Source: Hypanus sabinus
Lineage: Eukaryota
NCBI RefSeq assembly: GCF_030144855.1
Contig: NC_082720.1
Span: 22,878,001-22,942,000 of the forward strand
DNA: 64,000 nucleotides
Direction: 5' to 3'
Shown piece after piece: positions 39,371 through 53,010 of this stretch; within the stretch, counting starts at the first letter, position 1; each line of letters begins with the position of its first letter. The notes beneath the pieces are model-generated. The model did no database searches, was not told the DNA's origin, and saw only the letters and a list, made by a program, of their open reading frames with translations. The position numbers and the translations under genes were made by a program.

Positions 39371-40086
39371 TTTCTATGTTATAACTTTTTGGAATTCAGT
39401 AGCTGACGTGGGGGCTCTGTTTGACAGAGGGACCTGGGAGGGATACAATCGAGTTCCTAAGTGATGCCTGGTCTGATTGTGAGGATTGCCTCTCGAGTTT
39501 TGGAGGCTTGGAGGGGAACTACTGGGCTGTTTAAAGTCCAACTGGAATTTGGGGGATAGACATAGAGATCCTGTTCCTTTTGGCAGAGTTCACAACCATA
39601 GTGTGTGAATCATCTTAAATAGAACAAGATCACTGTAGTGAAGCCCAGAACAATTATTTTTCTTACAGTGAGAAATGTAGAATTCTCATCCTTTTGACTG
39701 TGGTTATTGTGTCATTTGAAGATATCCAGGCTGAGCTAAATTGTCTTTTATTTGGAAAGTGTGAAGCCAACTTTGGTTGAAAATGTGGAAGCGAGTGTTT
39801 TAAATGGTGGGGATTGAAAGATCGTGTCCAACAAACCTGGGTCTCCAAGGCTGATCGTTGAAAATGTACGTGAAGCTATAGCAAGTGATTCAGTAATCCT
39901 AAGAGTGTTCATCCGAAGAGCAATGCCACTTCAATAATAAAAGCATATTTTGATATTATTTCTCCAATCCTTTCAGCTTGTAACACAAATTACTTTGTCA
40001 TTATTGTGATAAATTTTCATCTGTGGATGCTTGCTCACTGATCAGTCCAGTCACCCTCAGCTGTAACTTTCTTTGGACGGTTTCAG

Positions 40087-40310
40087 ACCGAGTCACCCTT
40101 GTCACTGGATCAGCAGTGTGAGGTGGACTGATTAGAACAAAGAAAGACACAGTAACTTCGGCAACATCCTCAAGATACTGTCTTAGTGGTAGAATTGGGG
40201 AAGGGGATGTATCCCTCACTTATGGAGAGAAGACAGCAGGTTGTGCTGCTGCTGCATGGTGATTCCTGGTTAGTTTAATGATCTTGAATTGATTCTCCTG
40301 ATTTTGGATG
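40087..40310 (+). pseudogene. TIM-C decayed IgV pseudoexon, inverted relative to TIM-A/B/D
   Basis: Acceptor ctgtaactttctttggacggtttcag|AC as in A/B, donor GATG|gtaaac. Reads RVTLVTGSAV*GG [~100-nt deletion] LIRTKKDTVTSATSSRYCLSGRIGEGDVSLT...EDS...CCC..IPG*FNDL. Contains stops, frameshifts and deletions. Confidence 0.85.
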
Positions 40311-42879
40311 GTAAACCAATTCAAGATTTATTTACTGTACTCAAGCATAAAGGAACACAAGATAATTGTTACTCTGGATGTGATGCAACATAAACAAAAA
40401 CAAAGGTTAAAGAATGCAATAATTTAAGAAAACCCACAATAAATATAAATAGATGAGATAGTCTATATATATATTGATAGTACATCCATAATATGTTACT
40501 GGGCACAACAATGTCTGTAATATTTATGATTATAGATTTTTGCTATTGAGTTCAAGTCCACCCATTCATTATTACAATTTTAAATTCTTTTAATCCTGAT
40601 TTAATTGATTTTAGTGGGGATTGAACTGTACCTTTTCTACCATTGCTGTCATACCTGTGACATTGTGAAGGATATATTCCTACCTGCTGCCCCCTTCCCA
40701 CCTTTGATGGTACATCTTTATCTTTTTGATTTGCTGTGAAATAGTTCCTTCCCACTCCTGAATCAGTGAAACCTCACTATGATCCTCAGGAGGGATGGTC
40801 GTCCTGTTTGATGTTTTGATCATTAGCAGGGAAAAGTGCCTTGATGGGAAAAGTTCTGCCCTTATATGCATCTTGAAGGGCTGAAGAATAAGTTTCTCGC
40901 TAGCTATGATCTGAGCATTAACACTTCCAAAGGTTTTTGGATATGAATGCGTGTCTGGTGAAGTCTTGTTTGCTGCCTCACTGGCTTTTTTGGTCTTTTG
41001 AAGATGGTGGCTTGGGCAGATAATTTCCTTGTATATGCTCTGTATCCTCTTTGATTTTGAATGAATGATTTGTCTAACATTTTTTCCATTGCATTCATAG
41101 TTTAAAATCTCATGTAAAAACTCCTTAAATCTTTATGGAATGTTGGTTGAGAAATCTGGTCGATTTTGATGAGCAAAAGCCCAAAACTTCCTTTACAGTG
41201 AAGTGGCTGGTCAATTTCTTGCTGCAGAAACTCGTTTAATGATTTTTAAACACAAGAAATTCTGTGGATGCTGGAAATCCAAAGCAACATACACAAAATG
41301 CTGGAGGAACTCAGCAGGTCGGGCATGCCAAAGACACACGGGTTGGTAAGTTAATTGGCTGCTGCAAATTGCCCCGGGAGAGTAACAAAATGGGGGAGTT
41401 GTTGGGACTGTAAGATAAAGACAATGGGATTAATATAATTTTAGTGTAACTAGGTGTTTGATGGCTGGCAGGACCTTTGACTCTATGACTCTTTAAAATT
41501 AACTACGCAATTTCAGATTTCATATTTAGATTTATTTATGACAAGGACATCAAAACATACAAGGAAATGTTTTCGCAAACAATGTACCTCAGGATGTGAT
41601 GGTGACGGCCTGCATGTGTTGCCACATATCCTGGTGCCAAATAACCATATGACTGTGGAGGAATTAATTCGAACAGTTATGGAGGATCAAAGATGGGTGA
41701 AGTAATGCAATGGGAATGCTTCCAATCTATGGGTGTCCACGTTGCACTTGAATGGGCTGGTTTCAATCCTGCACAATCAGTTGATGCTCAATTAATGAAT
41801 GTTAAAAAACACTTAGCCCAGAAAGACATAATGTGTATTCTATTAAAGATAGCTTTTCTCAAATTAACAAGCAACCCTGACAACTATGTATGGTGTGAAG
41901 TTCACACGAGACATGATTTCTTAGTGAATTTTTAATTTTAATTTGACATAATTAGTTTTGCTGAAGCTAATGGTTGTGAATCTAATGCTCCAAAGGTGGT
42001 AAATTGTGAGCCATGTTACCAGCCGCCTGAAACCCAGCATCCACTGGTTGAGGTGCTCTTTTGGAAATTTCAGTCCTCAGTCTGTTATCCTTCCTCAGAT
42101 ATTTTCATTCTAGCTATAAACTGACTCTTTCCTGTTGCTAGATCATCCAAGTGTCTGCTGACTATGAACTCCTGGACACCTTCCAACCATGTGCCAATGG
42201 ATTTCTCAGGTGCCACATGTCCATTCTGGAGTGTGAATGACTTCTGGACTGTCTTTCATCTGAACGCTCTGAAACATTTGAAAGCACAGCCCCACAAATT
42301 AAGTGCACTGATCCAACCGGTTCCCAGGATTGCTGTTATACACTTGCAATCTACAATGTAACCATGATAGAGTCATGGAACTCTACAGCACATAAGTTGG
42401 CCCTTTGGCCCATATGGGCTGCACCAAACCATTAATCTGCTGTCCCATGTCCCATCGACCTGCACCTGGACCATATCCCTCTGTATACCGCTATTAAATC
42501 TCCCTGGTTTCTCTTGCACTCGGGAATAAAGTCCTAATCTATTCAACCTTTGCCTGTAATTCAGGTCCAGAAGTCCTGGCAACATTCTTGTAAATTTTCT
42601 CCTGCAAATTTATCAATCTTAGTGATAACCTTCATGTAGGTGGGTGACCAGAACTGTACACAATGCTCCAAATTAGGCTTCACCAATGTCTTTTACAAAT
42701 TCAACATAACAACCCAACACCTGTACTCATAACTTTGACTTATGAAGGCCGATGTGTATAAAGCTCTCGTTATGACCCTATTTCCCTGTGACGCCACTTT
42801 CAAGGAATTATGGATCTGTTTTCCTAGATCCCTCTGCTCTATCGCATTCCTCAGTGTCCAACTATTCACTGTTCAAGTT

Positions 42880-43920
42880 CTATCCAGCCTGAGAAATGAC
42901 TTGGATCTTCTCCAATTTGCCCAAAAGCACAACAGGTCCATGACAAATGCCATTTCATTGGCTGTTCTCTCAAGTCTGGAACACCTGGACAGCAAAGGTA
43001 CATACATCAGGATGCTCTTTATTGACCACAGCTCAACATTCAATACCATTATCCTCTCAAAATTAATCAATAAACTTTAAGATATTGGCCACAATACATC
43101 TTTGTGCAATTAGATCCTCAATTTTCACTTGCAGACCCCAGTCAGTCAGATTGGCTACAACATCTCCTCCACAATCTCTTTCACCTCTGGTGCACCACAA
43201 GGCTGTGTGCTTAGCCCTCTGTTCTACTCACTTCACACTTGTGACTGTGTGGCTAAGCACAGCTCCAATGCCATATTTAAGTTTGCTGATGTCACCGCTG
43301 TTGTAAACTGAAGCAAAGATGGCGATAAATCAGCATATAGGAGGAAGACTGAAAATCTGGCCGAATGGTGCCACAAAGAAACCAGAGGTCCATGAGCCAG
43401 TCATCATTGGGAGATCAGAGGTGGAGATGCTGAGCAACTTTTAATTCCTCAGTGTTATCATTTCAGTCTTGTCCTGTGCCCAGTACATAAATGCAATTAC
43501 AAAGAAAGCATGGCAGTGCTTCTACTTCCTTAGAAGTCTGCAAAGATTTGGCATAACATCTAAAACTTTGACAAACTTGTATAGATGTGCAGTGGAGAGT
43601 ATATTGACTGGCTGCATTGCTGCCTGGTATGGAGCCACCAATGCCCTTGAATGGAAAATCCTACAAAAAGTAGTGGATATGCCCAGTTCATCATGCCACC
43701 ATTGAGCACATCCACACGGAGCGTTGTCTCATGGACAGCATCCACCATCAGAGACCCCTCCACCCACTTCACGCTCTCTTCTTACTGCTGCCATGAGGAA
43801 GAAGATGCAGAAGCCTCAGGGCCCACACCACCAGGTTCAGGAACAGTTATTCCCCTCTCAACCACCAGGTTCTTGAACGACAGGGGAAAGCTTCACTCAG
43901 CTTACTTACCCCATCAGTGA
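42880..43920 (+). mobile_element. Rex1/Babar-type LINE RT fragment
   Basis: QFA...NRS..AIS....[28 protein letters not shown]; SGAPQGCVLSPLFYSL.T.DCVAKHSSNAIFKFAD; C-terminal YRCAVESILTGCIAAWYG. Confidence 0.85.
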
Positions 43921-44229
43921 ACTGTTCCCACAACCTAGTTAAGTCAAGTCAAGCTTATTGGCATTTAACTGTATACATGTATATAATGTATACAGAAACA
44001 AGACAATGTTTCTTTGAACCAGTGTGTAAAGCACATTAGTACACATAACACACAGAACACATGATAATTAGTGAAGGCAAAGATAAGATTTATATGTGAA
44101 AACTTTGACTCACTTTGAAGTACTCTTCATCCCATGCTCTTGAAATTTATTTATTTATTTTAACCTTCTTGTCTCTGTGCATTGTGTGCTTGTGGTCTTT
44201 TAAAAATAGGTTTGCTTTATATTCACAAT

Positions 44230-45860
44230 GGATATCCATCCCCTATACGGCACCATCACCTGTCAAGGAGACCTGAAAGTTCTCCACCTCTTTCTAGACA
44301 AAAGACCTAATCTGCTCCTTTCTTCTACCCACCTTCCCTCTTCATACAGAACTGTTCCTCACCCTCAACAATTTCTCTTTTGTTTCCTCCCACTTTCGTC
44401 GACAAAGGTATAACTATGGGCACTAGCATGGGTTCCAGCTACGCTTGTCTTTTCATCAGCTACAGAAGGACTATGTTTTACAAGCCAACACTAAGGAGAT
44501 GGACAACTGCAATGGTTTTGTTTGCTGCACACACTGATACTTTAATCCTTTTCTCGATCTCGCTGTCTCCATTTCCGGAGTCAAACGATCAACTGGTGTT
44601 ACAAACTGGGTGACTCTCACAGTGACAGCATCTTGAGTATACTTCTTCCCACCCTGTCACTTGTAAAAACACTATTCCCTTCTCTCTGCTTATTCTGACC
44701 ACATTTGTCCTCAGCATGAGGTTTTTCATTCTAGAAGATCTGAGATGTCCTCCTTTTATTAAAAAAAAGTGTTTCCTTTCTACCAACATCAATGCTGCTT
44801 TCACCCCGTCCTCCCACTGTCGTAACAGTGATAGTGTCCACCTGGCCCTTCTCTACCACCTCACGGGCTTCTGTAACCAGCACATCCCTAGCCCTAATGT
44901 CTGCCATTTCTGACTGGATTCTGGAATCGAGCACATCTTTCCATCCCACCTCTCCCCCCACTTCTCTGTTTTCCATGGGGTTCCTCTCTACCCGACTCCC
45001 AAGTACACTTGTCTCTCAACACTAATCTTCCTCCTCGCACTTATCTCTGCAAGCACGTCAAGTGCTACACCTGCCCCTATACTTCTTCCCTCACCACCAT
45101 TCAAAGCTCCAAACACCCCTTTCAGGTTTGGTGAAACTTCACCAGTGAGACTGTCAGGGACATCCTTTGTATCCAGTGTTCCCAGTGCATCTCTTCTGCA
45201 TCAGTGAGACTGCATGCAGATCTGGGGACAACTTTGTCATAGATATTTGTTCTCTCTGCTGTCAGACACAGGATATCCCAACGGCTACACATGTCAGTTC
45301 AACTTCCCATTGCCATTCTGTCATGTCTGTCCATGGCTTCTTTACAGCCATGATGAGATCAGACTCAGGCTGGAGGAGTAACACCTCATATTCAACGACA
45401 GTGGCCTCCAACCCGGTGTCAGGAACATTGATTTCTCCATCTTCTGGTAATTTCTGCCGCACCTCTTCCTCCATTCCTGATTTTGGTTAGCCCTTCTCTT
45501 CCCTTCAACTGTCTATCATCTCCCTGTGGTTCCCCTCCTCCTTTCCTCCATGGTCTATTGTCCTTCCCAGGTAGATTCCTTCCTCTTCAGCCCTTTACCT
45601 CTTCCAATTATTACACCCCAGATTCTTGCTTCATCACCCCTCCCACAATGAGTCCACCTTCCCCATCACATTGTCTCACTTATTACCAACCAGCATGTAC
45701 TCTTTCCCTCCCACGCTTTCTTATTCTAGCTTCTGCCCCCTTCTTTTGCAGTCCTGCTGGAGAAGCTTGGCTCAGAACAATTATTTATTCCCCTCCATAG
45801 ATGCTGCATGAGTTGTTTCATTCCTTCAGCATTTTGTGTGTGTTGCTCAAGATTTCCAGC
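44230..45860 (+). mobile_element. Penelope-like element, deleted and decayed (RT remnant, GIY-YIG, terminal repeat)
   Basis: KGITMGTSMGSSYACLF (PLE RT motif); GIY-YIG remnants near 45120-45400 homologous to 36290-36545; pyrimidine-rich terminal repeat. Confidence 0.75.
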
Positions 45861-47589
45861 ATCTGTCCCCATTCAAATTCCAAGGAAATTAGATGAACTG
45901 TAACAATTTGGCTCGGTTCAAATACCAGGCCAGCAGCCATCATTCATATCAACCAGAGTGCTGGAATATGGAATCAGACAAAGTGCTGAAGGAACTTAAA
46001 ATGACAGGCAGCATCAATGGAGGGAAATGGACAGGCTACGTTTCAGATCAAGACCCTTCATGAAGGATCCAGATGAATGGTCTCAAATGGTCTCAACTGT
46101 CCATTTGCCTCCATAGGCATTGCCTGACACATCTAGTCCCTCTGGTGACTTGTATGTTGCTGATTCACAGACAGGATTTCCTGAAACTGTAGCACTCTTA
46201 CTTATTTAGCCCAACCACTGAGAGGTGACACAAACAGATCACTTCAATTTTTGGACATGATTAAACTTGTTGGCAAGAGGTCTGTTAACATCAAGATTAA
46301 GAAAATACATCTGTACAACCAAATTATATCAAGTGTTCCAACAATTCTTAAGGCTGTTTTAGTCCATTTTTGACAAAAAATTTTGAGATTCATTCTAGGA
46401 TGTTAGTTCTACAAATGTTTGGAGTTTTCAACTTCACACTTTCAGTATGAGACTGGAGGATAGATAAAGGATTATAACTCATGCACTTCAAAAATAACAT
46501 ATTTTTGAAGCCAGTGATATTTTCTACTGTATATGTCACAAATAACAGGAGCTTATTTCAAAATGTAGTTAGCAAACTAAGTGATAAACCACTTGAAACA
46601 ATGACAGTCCACATTAAATTTAGACAGTTATCTTCACATTATAATTTGTCGTTCACACGTACTGCCGCCCTTGGTCGTTGAATAGTGATCCATGGTGAAT
46701 ATTGGTGCATTTTGCCTTCCCAGCAGCTATTGATGGGGCTGGTCTAGGTGGACTAGGTCAGCTTCAATGTCTCACTGGACTGAATGATGACACGAACTTC
46801 AGATCCTCATCTGAAGTCTGCACCCCATCACAACTTCAAACATTCAAAGATAGCAACTGTCTGCAAAAGCAAAACAAAACAAATAAATCCAATTTCTGAA
46901 GTAATCCTGCAAGAGCTTTACAAAAACACATCCATATAGCTGATAATTTCAGTGACATTTCTCCCCGTATTAACCACATGTTCAGTACTTCAGTCACTGG
47001 CATGCAAAACCTCCGTAGAAAATGCAAATCATTATTTTGTGGGTAACACAAGGAAGGACTGTGATGCACAGTTTACTCATGTCAGATCAACACAATAAAG
47101 GTTGTGGACAAAATTCATGCTGCTTTCTCACCAACCAGCCTTGACCACAAAGTTCATTGCATTTGTGAGTCACCAAAGATTGCAATTTTAGGAGAGGCAA
47201 ATACCTCAAAGAATGTTGTAACTCAGAGAAAATTTAACCAAACATCATTTTGCTAATTTTGTTACATACTCAACAACATAAGCTAAATCCAACAAGATTT
47301 CAATTTCCAGTATCAGAATCACAGAGACTGAATCCATAACTGAACAAACTGTGCATGATGCCTCATACTATCCAAATAAATTGGAGACTCTTCCTGTGAG
47401 CTGCTCTCTGTCAAATATTGTGACTCTTCCTCTTGCTTTGAAAAGTATGAATTAATGTTCAAATGAATCTCCAAATTTCATCAGCAGACAACAGCTTGCA
47501 CTCTGAGAAGCCTCATTCTAATCCCGATTTTCTGGAAGAAAAAATATTGCAGATGCTAGAAATCTGAGATAAAACAGAAAATGCTGAAG

Positions 47590-48540
47590 AAAGACCAAGG
47601 AGCTCCTTGTTGCAAATGGTAGAGCCACCAGAAAATGGATCAGAACTACTTATGACTCTCCGCCTACACACCAGTCATGGCCCAGTATCTCTCGTCAGTG
47701 TGTATGCCCCTACTTCTGAACTCCACCTCTGAGGAATCAGGCATGTTCTATGACAAATTAGAAGCTGTTGTCAAGAATATTCCCAGTGAAGAACACCTTG
47801 TACTCCTTAGTGACTTCAATGCCAGAGTGGGAGCTGATAGCAATTCCTGGCCGCCTTGTCTTGGCAACTTTGGAATTGGCAAAATAAAGGACAATAGACA
47901 ACATCTCCTGGAGTTCTGCTCCTATCACGGCCTGTGTGTAACTAACTCCTACTTTCAGATGAAGTCGCAGTACAAGGTCTCATGGCAACATCCACGGTCT
48001 GAACACTGGCACCAACTAGACATAATCATCACCAGGTGTTCTTTCATCAACTCTGTACTAATCACCTGCTCATGCCACAGTGCAGACTGCGATACAGATC
48101 ATGCTGCAAGATCAAACTATGTCGGAAGAAAATCCACCGCTACAAACAAACTGAAAAACCTCTCATCAACACAACAGAGATAAAACAGTCAGAAAAGGTT
48201 GCCCAGTTTGCCACGTCAATACAGGGTGCTATGACTCCCTCCTCACAAGGAGACACTACAACTGAACAATGGTCAAACCTTCGCGACACCATTCATGAAT
48301 CAGCTCTCTCTATCTTTGGAAGAAAGAGCAGTGACTGGTTTGAGGCAAAGTCCAACATCAGGACTCCTGTCATCGAAGCCGAGCGTACAGCTCTCACAGA
48401 GTACAAGCGCTCACCATCCGACCAAACACTCCATGCTCTTCAAGCTGCTAGAGGCAAAGTGCAATGGACTGCAAGGCAGTACGCAAATGAGTACTGGCTC
48501 CAGCTCAGTGAGGACACTCAGACAGCAGATGTGACAGACA
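47590..48540 (+). mobile_element. RTE-clade LINE AP-endonuclease fragment
   Basis: FYDKLEAVVKNIPSEEHLVLLSDFNARVGAD...GIGKIKDNRQHLLEFC...VSWQHPRSEHWHQLDIIIT. Confidence 0.85.
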
Positions 48541-50230
48541 AGATTTTCCAGCTAGTCCAGATCCTGCTGCAAGGTTTGATAGCTTTCCTCACAGTCCACT
48601 AGACCCCCACATTATCATCGAGATCATTGAATACATGACAAACAACAAAGGGCCCAACTAGTCTTTGGCAATCCCTGTGGCAATGAACTAGTCATGGGCC
48701 TCCAGTCAGACACAAAACCAATGTCGAATCAAATTTACAAACTCATCTTCTTGACCAAACTCCCATGCAGGACCTTGTCAAGTGCTTTGCTGAAGTCCAC
48801 AAACACAATATCTACTGTCTTGCCTTCATCAACTTTCTTGGTAATTTCCTTGAAGTAATCTACAGGATTGGTTAGATATGACCTACCATGCACAAAGCCA
48901 TGCTAATTATCCATAATTACTTCTTGTCTATCCAAATACTCATATATTCAGTCTCTTTGAAAAGCTTCCAATAACATTCCCATTATTGATGTCAGGCTTA
49001 CCAGTCTATAATGTCTTAGAGCCTCTCTAAGCATATTGTTAGAGCCTTTCTAAAACAATGGAACAGCAATAGCTATCCTGCAATCCTTTGGCACCACATC
49101 CGTGGTTAAGAATGTTTGTAATATCTCTGGTAGTGTCCCTGCAATTTTTCCACATTTCCTCTGAGGGAACACCCTGTCAGGACTGGGGGATTTATCGATC
49201 CTAGTGTGCCTCAAGGCAGCAAACATCTGCTCCTCTGTAATCTGTATAGTGTGCATGACCTCGCTGCTGCATTTCCTCACATCTATAGATTCTGTGTCTG
49301 TCTACCGAGTAAATACAGGTGCAAAAAGTCAATTTAGGCTTTTCCCCAGCTCTCTCAGCTCCACACATTGATTACTGCTCTGATCTTACAGAAGATTAGT
49401 TTTCTGCCTTGCCATCCCTTTGCTCTTAATATATCTGTAGAAGCCCTTAGGATTCTCCTTCATCCTGTCTGCTAAAGCAACCTTTTAGCTTCTATTAGCC
49501 CTCCTGATTCCTTTATCACAGTTCCCTTGCATTTTTATACTCCTCAGGTACGTCCATTGTTCTTGTCTGCCTGTACCTGCTGTGCACCTCCTCCTTTTTC
49601 TGAAGAAGGGCCTTAATATTTTTTGAAAACCAAGGTCTCCTAAATTTGTGCGACGCACACGAAATGCCAGAGTAACTCAGCAGGTCAGGAGAGGAAAGGG
49701 GAGGGGAAAAATTATGGGATTTTGGAGAAATCAATGTTCCTAGATGGAATATGAGGTGTTGATTCTCCCACATGAACCTGTTATTCTTCCCTTTTATTGT
49801 GACATAAATATACACATTCTGTACTCACAGATTTTACTCCTGAAGGCCTCCCACTTACCAAGTACAGCTTCGCTAGAAAGTAACCTGTTCTAATCCACAC
49901 TTGCCAGATCCTTTCTGATACCATCAAAATTGGCCTTTCTCCAATTTAGAAACTCAACCCGAGGACCAGAACTATCGTTTTCCATAATTACCTTGACACT
50001 AATGGCATTAATTTCACAATACACCGAATGTTCCCCTACACAAAATTCTGTCACCTGTGCTGTCTCATTCCCTATTAGGAGATCCAATACCACACTCCTT
50101 CTGCTTGGGACCTCTGTGTTCTGATTAAGTGAACTTTCCTAAACATGTTTGATATATGCATCCCGTCCAGCCCTTTCATGGTAAGGGAATCCTAGTCAAT
50201 GTGTGGAAAGTTAAAATCACCAATTACCAC
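48540..50230 (-). mobile_element. CR1 LINE ORF2 fragment
   Basis: LDLLIGNETAQV...LNWRKANFDGIRKDLA; DKSPSPDRVFP...DCRIAIAVPLF; RT remnants toward 48600. Confidence 0.8.
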
Positions 50231-50713
50231 AACCTTACATCTAGATTGATGATGCTTGAATGTTGTTCTGGAGCCGTGTTTCTGGAAGAACAAGCACACA
50301 GCAATTCCCCGGTACGCGTTTGTGCAGCTGCAGGCCTACGCGGTCCAGTTTATCTTCCACCATCTGAACACTGGAGGGTGGCAGCAATGATAGGAACAAC
50401 CTCGCCTAGGTGCCTAGCATGGCGCCCTGCCTCCAGATTCGCGTCTTCCGGGGGCTGCCCTGGCATAAGGGCCTGGTGAAGCAGCTGCCGTCTGTCTTGC
50501 CAATCAGCCTGTGAACTAGATTTACAGTGTGAACAGATCTAGATTTGCAGTAATCTACATCATCAATGTCCAACAGGGTCTTGCAATCACAAGGAGATCA
50601 TTAAAGACAAACATTTGCCCCATTTGGCGGCACTCTCGGTCACAGTGAGCATTCCAGGTTCAAACAAAGGTTTAGTTGTTTGTGAGTGTATTTGTATCTC
50701 CCTACATTACAGA

Positions 50714-51750
50714 ATGGCAAAGTGGGGAATGTTGATTTGTGGCGGGAGATCCTGTTATACATTCCTGTGGATGGCGTTTGAATTTGTACACTGGACCAAT
50801 GAGTCAGATTGTTGAATTTGTATGAAAAATCCTTACAACATCACAGAAGGATGCCACTGATATCGCTCCCTTCGACGACAAAGAAAAGCCTGTTGGGGAA
50901 GTTATCTGGCTTCTTGGGGTTTGGCATTCTGTTTTGGGAGAGCAGGGAAGGAGTAGCCTATTCCAACCAACCTCGACCTACAGTATGGTAACAGCCTTAA
51001 GGGACTTGAGCCTTAATAGCCCTGGTGGAGTGAGTGCTTTAAGGGCTGAAATTTCCCCACATACCCTTCCGTTCATTGGAATGTCCTGACTCCTAATGTG
51101 ATTTTCCCACCTGACAGAGTGTGGGTGTGGGTGTTGAGCACTGGTACAAGGTGCAAGGTGGATGGCAAGTCTGAGCAGGAACAGTATCCTGGGATGACTG
51201 TGTCCATGCCAGATGGTGTTTTGAGGCCGGGCACTTGTTGGAAGCTGAATGGCACTTACTGGATACGCAGTTCCTAGGCCTACCTGTTGTTCCCACAGGG
51301 ATGGTGCAGTTGATTTGTGGTGCTGTATGTATGCCACCCTAGTGCCCTGGATGTGCACCTTGCCTATGCTGGTTGGTCAGAGGACTATTTCAAAGGAAGG
51401 ATGTTTTGAGTGATAGCCTTTCTCTGCATGGGACAGCCAGACTATCTCAGGAACTGATTTTGATGGCCTTGGATTACCTGCTCACAAAGGAAAGTGGCAC
51501 GTACTATTATTGGTTAAGAATGTTGGATCTCCATTCCTGATGGATCGGGTAACATCTCTCACCTGGTTGATCAAATTAAATGGGAGACTAGCTCATTGGC
51601 TATCACAGTCTAGGGTAGGGCTGGTGGCCTCTTGGAGTAGAGGGAGGCTGGTGGACTACTATAGTATACTGGGAGGTGACTATTGACTTTACAGTACTGG
51701 GTATTGGGCTCTTGTGTTTTATGTATAACTTAGTTGGGAGTTCATGACAG
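50714..51750 (+). pseudogene. Decayed endogenous-retrovirus env (gamma-type TM with immunosuppressive domain)
   Basis: SU: YTFLWMA...TNESDC*IC...MPLISLP and CWKLNGTYWIRSS*AYLLFPQGW. TM: MALDYLLTKESGTY.IIG*ECWISIPDGSGNISHLVDQIK (51463-51580). Membrane anchor GWWTTIV...TVLGIGLLCFMY. Many stops and frameshifts. Confidence 0.75.
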
Positions 51751-51789
51751 TCATACTAGTCTGAGAGTTAGATCATAACTTTTGTGACT

Positions 51790-52203
51790 TTGGTGTCCTG
51801 TAGGTTGTGCCTTATTCTAATTATTGGAAGTTGCTTCCATCGTGATTAGATAGGTTAGAAGCTTCAGCATCTTTTCCCATTGGATAATTGCCTGGTGTCC
51901 GGTTTCAAATAGCCTGGAGATGTACTGTAAAATTGCACATGAAAGAGGCTTCCTCTCTTCTTCATTTGTTTAAGACAAGGGTGCACATGACGATTGGGAA
52001 GGTAAGATCTGCACGTACTTTTAACTAAGTATGTTTGTCTAATGTCCATGTGTTTGTTGAGTATTCAGCTTTGTAGTGAAGGTAACTGGGAAATGTGAAT
52101 GTTTGTTTGTATTTTTACTGTTTGTAAGTAAATGATTGAAATACCTATTCAAAGTCAGTGCAACTCCTGTCTCACTTGCTGGACCTGCAAACCCAATTCA
52201 ACA
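51790..52203 (+). repeat. Probable 3' LTR of the env-bearing ERV
   Basis: Follows env and ends ...cccaattcaaca exactly where homology to a different LTR family begins. The 5' boundary is uncertain. Confidence 0.4.
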
Positions 52204-52207
52204 TTAG

Positions 52208-53010
52208 AATCATACCAAGGGATTTGGTCCAGTTATTTTTTGTGTAATGTATAGTGAATGGACTTCCAGTGGATGACCCACCATTTCATCCAATGAACCA
52301 AGAAACAGGATGGTGAGTCACCCAAGATCGAGGATCCAGGGCGGTAATGGAATGCTTCACGATGTGGAGGATTTAATACAGTTGGATGTATAAGTTTATT
52401 TTTCATTCGAAGGATCTGATTTGATTTATTGAGGAACTAATTATTTTTGCAAGAGCTTTGATAAATGACTGAATGAGATTTACTTTGTTTAAAAGTTGTG
52501 ATGCTGGAGAATTTATTGTGAAAATAGTTAAGCTGTATTGATATATATTTGGCGTTGAATTTGAATTTGTAGATACACTGACCTGAACTGAAACTGAGTT
52601 TAACCATAATACTTGAAAATAGGAACTCAATTAGCTTCCTAACTATCTAGAGATAAATCAAAAGGGAACAACATTAGATCTAATTAGAGAAATTGGAATA
52701 ATAAAGGTTATTCTAATGAATCTCACTGATTCTAACTAAAAAGGAATTTGGTTTCCATTTGATATCTGAGATTTGGAACCTAATGTAACACCTGTGTAGC
52801 ACTGGTCTAATCCCATGAGATTGAGCAAAATCAAATTACATAGTACTACACCAGGTGCTGGTGGCCCATCGGAAGCTCTAGGTATTGAAAGGAGGCAGTG
52901 ATCAGGAAACACACACTTCTGGAGGCAAATTTTATTTATAGAAAACAGCAATATATATATATATATATATAAAATATTTACATGAGAAAAAAGAATTCAA
53001 AATTTCAACA
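52208..53010. repeat. LTR fragment of the 18.2-22.6 kb Gypsy family, terminal 227 bp in opposite orientation
   Basis: 52208-52783 matches the reverse complement of ~18488-19055, while 52784-53010 matches 18247-18483 on the same strand. Confidence 0.75.

Noticed and set aside
50714-53010. A Gypsy element that captured an env gene
   Set aside because: A separate LTR-like segment ending ttcaaca at 52203 lies between env and the Gypsy-family LTR, whose homology starts abruptly at ~52208. Adjacent or nested insertion is simpler.
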